Origin: an uncultured Coriobacteriaceae bacterium
GTDB lineage: Bacteria; Actinomycetota; Coriobacteriia; Coriobacteriales; QAMH01
NCBI GenBank assembly: GCA_964435565.1
Contig: CAYSZR010000002.1
Span: forward strand, 102 to 64,101
Length of the DNA stretch: 64,000 bases
Reading direction: 5' to 3'
Shown: positions 9,133 to 18,145 of the stretch, piece by piece
Layout: every line of letters begins with the position of its first letter
How positions within the stretch are numbered: the first letter of the stretch is position 1
Made by a program: the position numbers and the translations under genes
Notes under the pieces: model-generated
What the model was told of the DNA's origin: nothing
The model's input: the letters and a program-made list of their open reading frames with translations, nothing else
Database searches by the model: none

Positions 9133-9579
9133 ATGGTCGCTTTGCCATTTGGAGCCATGCAGTCGTATCGCGTGCCCCCCGAATTTCGCTCCTATGAACA
9201 TGTGAAGGAAATCGAGTTCATCGAGATCGATCCTGATAGGCCCTATCCGCGATCGGTGGCATACCGGGCTGCGGAAGATGGAGCGCAGATGCTCATTAGG
9301 CGTGCCGCGCCAGAACTTGATGAAATCGAGCTTTGCGCAGATGAAGCCCGTGCCTTGATCGAAGATGTGGCTGCTGCCGGCCTCTTCGAATGGCAGCGCG
9401 TCTATAAGCCCGTGCAGGGCACCTTCGTGAATGCTTCTCTTGAATGGCGTATCGAAGTGAGTTTCGATGAGCCATACGCCAAGCGCGCAAGTTCATTCAA
9501 AGTGGAAGGTGAAGGTACTCGTCCTGATACTTATGACCAGGTGATAGACGTGCTGATGCGCCCTCGGGAGCAAGGCTGA
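9133..9579 (+). CDS. Hypothetical protein
   Basis: 148-aa ORF with an AGAGAGGGA RBS. Its stop lies 1 nt before the next gene's ATG. No family was recognised. Confidence 0.5.
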   Translation: MVALPFGAMQSYRVPPEFRSYEHVKEIEFIEIDPDRPYPRSVAYRAAEDGAQMLIRRAAPELDEIELCADEARALIEDVAAAGLFEWQRVYKPVQGTFVNASLEWRIEVSFDEPYAKRASSFKVEGEGTRPDTYDQVIDVLMRPREQG

Positions 9580-9580
9580 T

Positions 9581-10063
9581 ATGGCAAAGAAGAAGGACGC
9601 CAAGACCAATGCGATGCGTGCCCTTGATGCGGCGGGCGTCAAGCATGTCGTGCATGTTCTAGAGGCGACAGGCGATGACACCGGTGTGGACATTGCCATG
9701 AAGGCTGGCGAAGACCCCGATCACGTCTTTAAAACACTCGTCACGCAGGGCAAGGATGGCGAACACCTGGTCTTCATGATTCCCGTTGCCCAAGAGCTCG
9801 ACCTGAAAAAGGCGGCGAGCGCGTCTGGCCAAAAATCCGTTGCGATGCTTAGGTCCCGCGACCTATTCGATTTAACGGGATACGTTCATGGCGGATGCAG
9901 CCCACTTGGCATGAAGAAGAGCTTTCGCACGTTCATTGACGAGACATGCGTTCTTTTCGATACGATCCTGTTTTCAGGCGGCAGAATCGGCACCCAGATA
10001 GAGATGAGTTTTGATGATCTTGCGCAGGTTATAGAAATCAGTGCAGTCGACCTTACCGTGTGA
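9581..10063 (+). CDS. ybaK: Cys-tRNA(Pro)/Cys-tRNA(Cys) deacylase, YbaK/EbsC family
   Basis: The N-terminal KTNAMRALD...V, the internal HGGCSPLG and the size (160 aa) are typical of YbaK. Confidence 0.8.
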   Translation: MAKKKDAKTNAMRALDAAGVKHVVHVLEATGDDTGVDIAMKAGEDPDHVFKTLVTQGKDGEHLVFMIPVAQELDLKKAASASGQKSVAMLRSRDLFDLTGYVHGGCSPLGMKKSFRTFIDETCVLFDTILFSGGRIGTQIEMSFDDLAQVIEISAVDLTV

Positions 10064-10136
10064 TATACAATACCCCCAAGAGGGCACATTCCCTTCGAAA
10101 AGGTGTATCCAACAGGTGTAAGAGAAAGAGGCAATC

Positions 10137-10517
10137 ATGGGTGAAGTCAGCTTTTTTCGTTGCGAACGCTGTGGCAACATCATCACGAAGATCATCGATG
10201 CGGGCCCCACGCCCTTCTGCTGCGGTGAACAGATGGTCGAACTCACTGCAAACACTGTCGACGCCGCTGTTGAAAAACATGTTCCCGTTATAAGCATCGA
10301 TGGCGACAAAGTCACGGTTACCGTGGGCGCAGTCGATCACCCCATGCTCGAAGAGCACTACATCCAGTGGATCTGCCTTCATACGCAACGCGGTTTGCAG
10401 TTTGCGATGCTCAAGCCCGGCGACAAGCCGCAGGCGATCTTTGCGCTTGCAGGCGACACCGCTTTAGGGGCATATGCGTATTGCAATCTTCATGGATTGT
10501 GGAGTGCCCAGGCATAG
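10137..10517 (+). CDS. dfx: Desulfoferrodoxin (superoxide reductase, 2Fe-SOR)
   Basis: The N-terminal desulforedoxin module has CxxC...CC (FFRCERCGNII...PFCCGEQM). The C-terminal neelaredoxin module has HPM..EHYIQWI and CNLHGLW. Confidence 0.85.
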   Translation: MGEVSFFRCERCGNIITKIIDAGPTPFCCGEQMVELTANTVDAAVEKHVPVISIDGDKVTVTVGAVDHPMLEEHYIQWICLHTQRGLQFAMLKPGDKPQAIFALAGDTALGAYAYCNLHGLWSAQA

Positions 10518-10631
10518 AGCTCGCCAATGGTATGTGGTGGCTTGTTCGGGGTTTTATGGATTGTCTGTGATGGGTCTTTTAGCTGATAGAATTGCCTTTA
10601 TCAGGCACAAGAAGACGGGAGGAGCAAGGAG

Positions 10632-10982
10632 GTGGGAGGACGCGTGGTTGAAGAGCATGTGGGAAAAAAACGCCGCAAAGAGGTGCGGCAGGCCATCGCC
10701 TTGAAAAAGGAGATGAACAGATCCCTTCTCTTCATTCTGATTGCGATCGTGGTCGGTGGTATCTTGGTTACGGTTCTTACCGTGCTTACGACTTCGGGCG
10801 TGATACAGATCGACAATGTCGTGACTCAGGCCATCCCGCTCGCCGTCCTTGCCCTTGTCTTCGTATTCATCGGCCCCCGCTGCTCTAAATGGCGAGACAT
10901 CCACGATCAATACAAGCTGCATCTCAAGCGCTATAACATCAGCAAAGACGACATGAACGCTCTTGAGCGCGGCGATTTATAA
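10632..10982 (+). CDS. Small membrane protein (2 TM), unknown function
   Basis: The GTG at 10632 lies 8 nt after GGGAGGA. It has a basic N-terminus followed by two hydrophobic helices. An alternative ATG is at 10713. Confidence 0.45.
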   Translation: MGGRVVEEHVGKKRRKEVRQAIALKKEMNRSLLFILIAIVVGGILVTVLTVLTTSGVIQIDNVVTQAIPLAVLALVFVFIGPRCSKWRDIHDQYKLHLKRYNISKDDMNALERGDL

Positions 10983-11098
10983 CTTTCGATTGTGGCACCA
11001 GAAAAACGCGGTTAGATTCGGTTTTAATTTCGCATGTAACGTTGCGTTGCGGTACAATTAGTCATCGTTGTTATAGGTGAAACGGGTGTAGGTTAACG

Positions 11099-12964
11099 GT
11101 GTCGAAGTATTCGAATGGCAAACATGCTATCGAACGCTTTCCTAAGGGTACGCACTCAGTTGAGCGCTATCCTCTTGGACAGCATGGCGTCGCACATCCT
11201 TGCACGTGGTACATCAATCGCGAAGTACGCAAACGTTCCGTTCCCGCAATCGCCGTTCTGCTTTCTTCAAGCATGGGCGTGGGCAGCCTGAGCGTTCCCG
11301 TGCGTGCATTCGCATCTGAATTGCAAAACGCGGCTCAGGCCGAACAAACTGTGTCTACTGGCCAGACAGCGCCTGATCCCGATCGCCTGGTTTATGAAGA
11401 GGCAACTGGCCTTTACCTTGACCCCGAAACGGGCCTGAGGTATGCGCCGGGCACATATGAACTTGTAGATTCGCAGACAAGTTCAACCACGGACGATACG
11501 GAAAAGACCTCAACTGAAACGCCAACTGCCCCGACTACGGATCCTTCTAGCTCGACTGGCAGCTCCTCTTCGTCCAGTTCGACGCAGACAAATGGGACCA
11601 GCAGCTCGACCGCAGGGCCGGACGCGTCAAAATCTTCTAGCAGCTCAAGTTCGACGACGTCTCAAGAGGCGACGCAGGCAGCCGAGTCGTCAGCAGAAAC
11701 CACTGCCAGCGAAGCAGAGACAGAAGATACTGACTCCAGCTCTGGATCGTCCTCTGATTACACGAGCGTTGCCGATGACGGTACGACGCTTTCGGCGACC
11801 ATGACAGAACTGCAAGTTGCAGCGCGCTTGCTTGATGCGGGCTGGACGCCCGAGATGATTGCCGCCGCGCTTGGAAACATGTATGCCGAATCTAGTTCGA
11901 ATGCAGCGTCGTTCTGCGATATGAGCGGGCAATTCAATTACGGCTACGAAGTAGCGGGCGGCTTGTTCCAGTGGACTGACGCGGGCTCTTCTGCAGCATC
12001 GCTGTCTTCTTCTGGTTTTACCGGGCTCACGACTTATGCAGCGCAAAAGGGAAAAAACTGGACTGACCCAACGCTTCAGACTGAATACTTCCTGCAGACA
12101 TGGCGGGCAAGCTGGGCAGAACGTCAGACATATTATGATTCCGCTTCTCCCGAATATGCGGGAGTCGATGTTTCACTTGCGTCGTTTGATGAAAGCCGCG
12201 GTAACGATTTTGATGGTGACGGGATTGTTGACGCACGCGATGACGATGTCGATGGCGATGGCGTGAAAAACGACAAGGACAAAGCTACGTTCGTGACCGA
12301 AAACGGCAAGGTTGTACGCTATAAGTCTGCCGATGCGGCAAAGGCGATTCCAACGCCAGTGAACATGCGCACGGATGCTCAGAAGCAGCAGCACGTTGCA
12401 GAGCTCACCTTTATGTTCATGGCTGGCTATGAAGGCCCGTCTGCAAGCGTCTCGCATCTGGACCGACGTGTCGCGCATGCGCAGCGCGTGTATCCGGCGA
12501 TCGTTGCCCTTGAAGAGACTCACGAACTCGGTGTTACCAACAAGAATTCAGGAATGGTCATTGCATCTGCCGAGACCATGCTTGGCGGATCTTATGTGTG
12601 GGGTGCTGAGTCTCCTGCTGAAAAGACCTTCGATTGTTCCGGTCTTACCAGATGGTGCTATTCGCTCGTGGGCGTTGATCTTGATCACTACTCAGAGACG
12701 CAATATCTGCAGGCAGATAAGGTCTACAGCATCGACGAAGCGGTTCCGGGCGATATCCTATGGAAGCCGGGGCATGTTGGAATCTACATTGGCAACGGCC
12801 AGACGGTCGAAGCCAAGGGCAAGAATTACGGAATCGTCTATGGCGAAGCATCGTCGTTCATGCAGGCGCTGCATTTCAACGAACTCGACCTTAAGCAGAT
12901 TGAACAGGTCCAGCAGAAGGCTCAAAGCGCCCGTCTCCAGCAAATCGTGAAGACCGTTTGCTAG
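11099..12964 (+). CDS. Secreted multidomain peptidoglycan hydrolase (lysozyme-like domain, Asp-rich repeats, C-terminal NlpC/P60)
   Basis: The C-terminal NlpC/P60 domain has the catalytic-Cys context FDCSGLTRWCY and GHVGIYIGNGQTVEA. There is a signal-like segment and a long S/T-rich linker. GNMYAESS...GGLFQWT resembles a phage-tail-type lysozyme. DGDGIVDARDDDVDGDGVKNDKD resembles Ca-binding type-3 repeats. Confidence 0.85.
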   Translation: MSKYSNGKHAIERFPKGTHSVERYPLGQHGVAHPCTWYINREVRKRSVPAIAVLLSSSMGVGSLSVPVRAFASELQNAAQAEQTVSTGQTAPDPDRLVYEEATGLYLDPETGLRYAPGTYELVDSQTSSTTDDTEKTSTETPTAPTTDPSSSTGSSSSSSSTQTNGTSSSTAGPDASKSSSSSSSTTSQEATQAAESSAETTASEAETEDTDSSSGSSSDYTSVADDGTTLSATMTELQVAARLLDAGWTPEMIAAALGNMYAESSSNAASFCDMSGQFNYGYEVAGGLFQWTDAGSSAASLSSSGFTGLTTYAAQKGKNWTDPTLQTEYFLQTWRASWAERQTYYDSASPEYAGVDVSLASFDESRGNDFDGDGIVDARDDDVDGDGVKNDKDKATFVTENGKVVRYKSADAAKAIPTPVNMRTDAQKQQHVAELTFMFMAGYEGPSASVSHLDRRVAHAQRVYPAIVALEETHELGVTNKNSGMVIASAETMLGGSYVWGAESPAEKTFDCSGLTRWCYSLVGVDLDHYSETQYLQADKVYSIDEAVPGDILWKPGHVGIYIGNGQTVEAKGKNYGIVYGEASSFMQALHFNELDLKQIEQVQQKAQSARLQQIVKTVC

Positions 12965-13058
12965 ACAGCGTATTTTCAAAAGGGCGAATAGGCGAAACGA
13001 CGACACTCCGTTCATGGTTCTTACCTGCGTGAACGGTATAAACAAACACCTTATTTAA

Positions 13059-13068
13059 TGCTATAATA
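13059..13068 (+). promoter_or_regulatory. Candidate extended -10 promoter (TGcTATAAT) for the pilus operon
   Basis: TGCTATAAT at 13059-13068 lies in the AT-rich spacer, about 85 nt upstream of the first pilin GTG. No convincing -35 was found. Confidence 0.4.
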
Positions 13069-13153
13069 TAAAGGTTAAAAAGGGCTTGCAAGCGGGTCTT
13101 ATGTGCCTTGCGGGTTCTGAAGCGCATGTTGAACGTGTCAGCTGGGAGAGTGC

Positions 13154-16135
13154 GTGGTGATAAGCGGGCGTAACATAGCACGCGCACATCGGGGCTTCAC
13201 GATGATGGAGCTTCTGGCTGTTGTTGCGATTCTGGCGATTGTTGCGGCCATTGCGTTTCCTGCCGGCGCCAGTTTGGCCCGCTCTCTTGATATGACACGC
13301 AGAGACGATACGGCAAAGCAGATTTATCTCTCCGCGCAGACCAGGCTTACGGCCCTGCAGTCGAGCGGTCAATTAGACAATCTTTTTACGAACATCAAGG
13401 AAACAAAAGGCCCAAATTCGATAAGCAAGCCCTCTGATTATCCCGAAGATGATTATGCGGGCCGCGCTCTATATCAAGTTGCGAAATCTGACAACGCTAC
13501 GACTCAATATCTTGTTACGTCGAACGGCGACTTAATGACTTCGACGATGTCGGGCAGCTATATTATCGAGCTCAGCCCGTCAACTGGCGAAGTATATGGC
13601 GTGTTCTATTGGGACGACGCCTCTGATGGCAGCGCGGTTACGCACAGCTATGATGAAATCATAGGCCTCGTGGGCGACCGCACTCGAAGCGCGCGCGAAA
13701 AGGCTGGAATCGGATATTACGGCGGTGGCCCTGTAAGTGCAGCCATCAATCGCGGGGGCAAGATCTCCATTGATGACACGGACATTAAGACGGTTAACAG
13801 CGAAGAGCTCTATATCAAACTCACGAACAAATCATTTGGCAAAATCGTTCAGGAAGGCAAGACCGACAAACTCACAATTAACGTTACGGTCAGCGGACCG
13901 AAGCTGGGAGTAGGAAGTTGGTCGACGGCCACGAGGACACTTTCTTTTTCGGGGGCCGATCTTGGCATGACGTCGCAAAGCGACGAAGTGGATATTATCC
14001 TCGACAGCATGATCGACGGAAAGTCCTTCTATGACATTATCGATAAGGACCGCGCTTCAGGCGAGCAGATTCAGCCAGGAGCTGATATTACATATGATGT
14101 GACGATCACGTATGATGCCGTTGATTACAAGCTCGGTGGTTCAACTGTTAATTCACTGTATGGCAGTTTGGGGGCAAGCACGGCCAATCCGGGCAGCAAT
14201 CAGATAACTGTCTATGCTTTGCGCCACCTTAACAATATTCGTACTACTAAGCTGCACGGAATCATATGGGGTTCAAATAGCTTCAGGGACATCGTTTTCC
14301 AAAACAATACGTCGGAAACGTCAGACGATTTTATTGATTTCAATGCTGCAAGCTGGGCAAATACTAGCGTCTCCATCCCTAGTCGAGTCGGGGGCGTCTC
14401 GACCGGAGCTGCACAGAATCCCCTTGCTTCTACAACAACGAAGCTCATCTCATTGGATAACCTTGCCGTCGACGGAACCGCACTCAGTTCTGGTTCGGTG
14501 GTTACGGGTAACGGTTTTCTGCTTAAAAACTTCGAGGTCACCCAGGGTATAAGCGGTGCTACAGGATTGTTCGGTTCAGTAGGGCCTACTATTACGAGCC
14601 TGTATATGACCGATCCCATTGTGAAGGGCGGGAATAATACGGGCGCGCTGGTCGGGAATTTGACGAATGGCTCCGTTTCGAATTGCGGAGTGTATCTTAC
14701 GAGCGGGGCCGATCGTGCTAATCGCACGGTTTCCGGCGGAGAAAATAGTGGCGGGCTTGTGGGTACTGTAAATGGGGGAAGCTCTGGCATCTCAAGTTCA
14801 TTTGCCGCGATTGACGTTAATGGGACAACGACGGTCGGAGGGCTTGTCGGCCTTACTTCGAATGCCATCAGGCAGAGCTATTCTTCCGGAACTGTGAAGG
14901 CGACGGATTCAGGCGCAGGAGGGCTTGCCGGTAATGTCGCGCAAGGCGTAGACGTTGCGAATTGCTATACAACCTCGAATGTGTACTGTAATAGCCAAGC
15001 TGGTGCATTTGCCGGCACTCTTGGTAGTCTTAACGATAATAATTATGCCTACGGCTATACGGTTAAGGCCGATGGGACCGTCGATTCGACGTTTGCCAAT
15101 ACCACCTATGGTTTTGCCGGCGTGTCCGGACTAACCTCTTGGACTGTATACAAGAACGCATACTACCTGCGGGATGTTGGCTATAACTCGAATGTGACGG
15201 CATCGTTGTTTAAGACCAAGTCGTTCAGTGACGTTCAGTCAGTCAAAGGGTCTGCATATGTGTCCAAACCCTATGACTCAGCGCTATCGGGCAAGGCATT
15301 CCCGTTGATCGACCCGACGGGCATTGGCAGCCACTACGGCGACTGGCCGACTGAGATTGGCGTTCAGTGGCTTAACGGGAAAAACGAGCAGGTTGAAAGC
15401 TACTCAACGCTCACAGGCGCAATTCCAGAGTTTGTTAATTCGACGAGTCATCCCGCTCCTGACTACACGGCAACAAGCACTGACGGCCGCAAATATCTTG
15501 CCTTCTGGAACGGCAGTGGGACCAGGGACGATGAAGTATCGATGGCACTTGGTATGACCAAGAATACGGTCATTACCGCAACGTATGCATCGATTGCCTA
15601 TCCAGACTTTTCAACTATGGCAAACGCGCTGGCCAGCTCATGGACTGTGACCAACGGGAGCACGTCTACAAGCCCCGTTGCTTATTTGGGCAAATCAAAC
15701 AATCAGAAACAGATCGATTCGGAAGCTCCTTGGCTTGTGGGTAATTATGCGAACGCCGCCACGTCTATGCGGTCTTATCTTATATATCAGGGTTACTATA
15801 GTTCCGACTATGCGCAGCAGATTAGAAGTAACCCGACAGATGCAGCCGCCAACCACCCGGAGTACATTCCTTATTCGTTCCGCGTGGTGAAAGCTTCGGG
15901 CTCCAAGACGGATACCAAGGAGGAAGGTCGGTACCTTGTCTTTTTGGGCGAAAAGATTACGGACGGTATGGCGTCTTGCAATGTGATCAAATTTGACGTT
16001 GGCCGCTCGAATAATGGCAAGCCTGCTTTTCAGCGAGGGACTATAGACATTGGAACAACGACGCAGGTAGGGAAGACATACTCTCTGTATCTGGAGAACA
16101 CATTCACACCAACGAGCGCCTGGTTTACTTTGTAG
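13154..16135 (+). CDS. Giant modular type IV pilin-like protein (class III signal peptide plus GLUG-repeat module)
   Basis: The N-terminus MVISGRNIARAHRG/FTMMELLAVVAILAIVAAIAFP is a prepilin cleavage/methylation motif with Glu at +5. Residues about 350-625 carry GLUG-type repeats (TGLFG, GALVG, GGLVG x2, GGLAG, GAFAG). Length is 993 aa. Confidence 0.85.
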   Translation: MVISGRNIARAHRGFTMMELLAVVAILAIVAAIAFPAGASLARSLDMTRRDDTAKQIYLSAQTRLTALQSSGQLDNLFTNIKETKGPNSISKPSDYPEDDYAGRALYQVAKSDNATTQYLVTSNGDLMTSTMSGSYIIELSPSTGEVYGVFYWDDASDGSAVTHSYDEIIGLVGDRTRSAREKAGIGYYGGGPVSAAINRGGKISIDDTDIKTVNSEELYIKLTNKSFGKIVQEGKTDKLTINVTVSGPKLGVGSWSTATRTLSFSGADLGMTSQSDEVDIILDSMIDGKSFYDIIDKDRASGEQIQPGADITYDVTITYDAVDYKLGGSTVNSLYGSLGASTANPGSNQITVYALRHLNNIRTTKLHGIIWGSNSFRDIVFQNNTSETSDDFIDFNAASWANTSVSIPSRVGGVSTGAAQNPLASTTTKLISLDNLAVDGTALSSGSVVTGNGFLLKNFEVTQGISGATGLFGSVGPTITSLYMTDPIVKGGNNTGALVGNLTNGSVSNCGVYLTSGADRANRTVSGGENSGGLVGTVNGGSSGISSSFAAIDVNGTTTVGGLVGLTSNAIRQSYSSGTVKATDSGAGGLAGNVAQGVDVANCYTTSNVYCNSQAGAFAGTLGSLNDNNYAYGYTVKADGTVDSTFANTTYGFAGVSGLTSWTVYKNAYYLRDVGYNSNVTASLFKTKSFSDVQSVKGSAYVSKPYDSALSGKAFPLIDPTGIGSHYGDWPTEIGVQWLNGKNEQVESYSTLTGAIPEFVNSTSHPAPDYTATSTDGRKYLAFWNGSGTRDDEVSMALGMTKNTVITATYASIAYPDFSTMANALASSWTVTNGSTSTSPVAYLGKSNNQKQIDSEAPWLVGNYANAATSMRSYLIYQGYYSSDYAQQIRSNPTDAAANHPEYIPYSFRVVKASGSKTDTKEEGRYLVFLGEKITDGMASCNVIKFDVGRSNNGKPAFQRGTIDIGTTTQVGKTYSLYLENTFTPTSAWFTL

Positions 16136-16229
16136 CCGGTCTTATGAGGGAGAGATAATAGCCGACACACGACATATCGAAGAAAGAATCAAGAGCGAAC
16201 GCGGTGCTTCGATAATCATCGCGCTGGTT

Positions 16230-17252
16230 TTGCTGCTTATCTGCGCCATGGTCGCTGCTGTGGTGGTAAGCCTCGCCGCCTCAAACGCAAGCAGGAGCCC
16301 CCAGCACGTGAAAGAGGAGCAGGTGTATTTCACAGCAACTTCTGCCCTCAAGCTTGTTCAGGACTCTTTTTCTTCGACCGACAGCTGTTATCTTGATATG
16401 CCTACGGCTGGCACGTCCGTTTCTTCAGCGTTTACATACGGCAAGTTTTCTTCTACTAGTGACATCGGCAAATGGGCATACAAATGGACGACAACCATTT
16501 ATCAAGATTATGTTGCTGGAACGATTGGCTCGTATAGTGAGTCAAGCAGTTCCGAAGATTTTACCATCCATGCGGATAATTCTCTGATGAGTGGCAGCGA
16601 TGTGACGGTTCGTCTGACTATGAGCAAGGACTATACGATAAGCGCTTCCATTGTAAATGCTGATGAGAACTACAACTATGATTTGCAGGTTGAAATCCCC
16701 CTGTCTTCGAGCCAGTCGAAAGTGAATGTCGACTCAAGCGGCAAGCCTACGTATTCGTATGTGGTTTCTTGGGGAGCGGCTGTGAGTGGATATCCGACGA
16801 CGAAGGGCGCGCCTTATTACCAGCCCCAGGCGGCAGGTATTGCATCGGCAAATAGCCTTACTTCGGCAAGTGACCAAAATACGAAAAGCCTGCAGCAGCT
16901 ATATAAAAGTGCGAACGACAGTGCATATCCCAATATTACAGAGGAAGAAGCTGCCCTTAATTCCATTAGCGCTGGGCACGCAAGCGACTACGTATGGAAG
17001 CCGATTATTGCTACGGACGGGACGGTCATCTTAGCCGCCTGTAAAGCGAGCGGTCAGGGCGTTGGCGATGCTACGGGGACGATAATGATCTATGTCGATG
17101 GACGTTACTATAGCTGGAAAAAGCTTGTTTTTTTTGTCTATTATGATGATGTCACGACAATAGATTCTTCTGGATTTGACAAGGACCAAATAACCAATCT
17201 CTTCTTGTGGGGGCTACTTTGGAAGTGGGAGGAAGTGCAATGGAAAAACTGA
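16230..17252 (+). CDS. PilX/GspK-like pilus-associated protein (start codon uncertain)
   Basis: The canonical TTG start is at 16230. The same frame is open from 16071 and encodes ...SERGASIIIALVLLLICAMVAAVVV, a PilX_N-like anchor, upstream of any ATG/GTG/TTG. A GAGGGAGAG SD lies at 16146-16154. Confidence 0.6.
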   Translation: MLLICAMVAAVVVSLAASNASRSPQHVKEEQVYFTATSALKLVQDSFSSTDSCYLDMPTAGTSVSSAFTYGKFSSTSDIGKWAYKWTTTIYQDYVAGTIGSYSESSSSEDFTIHADNSLMSGSDVTVRLTMSKDYTISASIVNADENYNYDLQVEIPLSSSQSKVNVDSSGKPTYSYVVSWGAAVSGYPTTKGAPYYQPQAAGIASANSLTSASDQNTKSLQQLYKSANDSAYPNITEEEAALNSISAGHASDYVWKPIIATDGTVILAACKASGQGVGDATGTIMIYVDGRYYSWKKLVFFVYYDDVTTIDSSGFDKDQITNLFLWGLLWKWEEVQWKN

Positions 17253-17536
17253 CTCGACGTATTGCGAAGAACAACAGGGGCGAGACGATTGTCGAGACGC
17301 TTGCGGGTATTGTCGTATGCACCCTTGCGGTGTTGATCTTGGTAACGGCAACGGTTACGGCCGCAAGAATCAATAAGCAAGCCGAAGATCGAGATGCCCA
17401 GTTGAATGTCGAGCAGCTCCAAGCAGAAAAGAACGTTAATCCCCTGGCTACGGAAGGAACGGTTACATTTGGTGGCAGTTCTTTGACGGTTACCTATTAT
17501 GGAGGGGAGAGCATGACGTCCTACGTCATGAAGTAA
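17240..17536 (+). CDS. Minor pilin-like protein (atypical Glu at +1)
   Basis: MEKLTRRIAKNNRG/ETIVETLAGIVVCTLAVLILV has the G, Glu+5 and hydrophobic helix. The ATG at 17240 follows GGGAGGA and overlaps the previous gene by 13 nt. Confidence 0.7.
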   Translation: MEKLTRRIAKNNRGETIVETLAGIVVCTLAVLILVTATVTAARINKQAEDRDAQLNVEQLQAEKNVNPLATEGTVTFGGSSLTVTYYGGESMTSYVMK

Positions 17537-17539
17537 AGC

Positions 17540-18118
17540 ATGAGGCCTCTGCCGGTGATACAGAGCATCGAAAGGATTCGTTGCAGTGCTAAGCTCGGTT
17601 CACGCAGAACCGGCGGCTTCACATTGGTGGAGATGCTCGCTGCACTTGTTATCTTGATGCTTCTTACCGGGATAGTCACCATGGGCGTCAATCTGGGAAT
17701 GAAGACGTATCGCGAAGCAACGTTCGCATCGGAAAGCCAAATTCTGGCGGGTACCATTAACAGCGCTCTCTCAGATCCTTTCCGCAATATGACGTATACA
17801 GAAGACGCGTTGGGCAATAGGACCTATTCGATCGTGTATCGTGATGACGCGACAGGCGGGGCGGTTACTTCCCCTAGCCTGAAGGCTATTGATGGCCAGA
17901 TATATATACAGGGAAGTAATACGTCCGGCAATGGGATCGCACTTCTTAACAAGAAAGCTTATTCTGACTGTAAAGTTACCAGCATAAAGCTCGATGATTG
18001 TGATGGCGTGATAGTCTCGGGCACGTTTTCCATCCAAAGCACTGTCGATTCGAGTTTGAAGAAAGAGGATATAGCATTTTCCTTCGTGCCCATCAGTCCG
18101 ATTCATAAACCAAACTAA
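17540..18118 (+). CDS. Minor type IV pilin
   Basis: ...SRRTGG/FTLVEMLAALVILMLLTGIV is a canonical prepilin N-terminal cleavage/methylation motif. Confidence 0.8.
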   Translation: MRPLPVIQSIERIRCSAKLGSRRTGGFTLVEMLAALVILMLLTGIVTMGVNLGMKTYREATFASESQILAGTINSALSDPFRNMTYTEDALGNRTYSIVYRDDATGGAVTSPSLKAIDGQIYIQGSNTSGNGIALLNKKAYSDCKVTSIKLDDCDGVIVSGTFSIQSTVDSSLKKEDIAFSFVPISPIHKPN

Positions 18119-18145
18119 GATTAGGCTTAGAGGAGCAAACACACT

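Noticed and set aside
10983-11098. A ydaO (c-di-AMP) riboswitch upstream of the NlpC/P60 hydrolase, and c-di-GMP riboswitches in the leaders at 13069-13153 and 22226-22321.
   Set aside because: I could not recognise the conserved cores (ACGGGGA / CCCA pseudoknot elements for ydaO; GCAAA...GGGACGCAAAGCC for GEMM-I). The regions are short. A covariance-model scan would be needed to exclude them formally.
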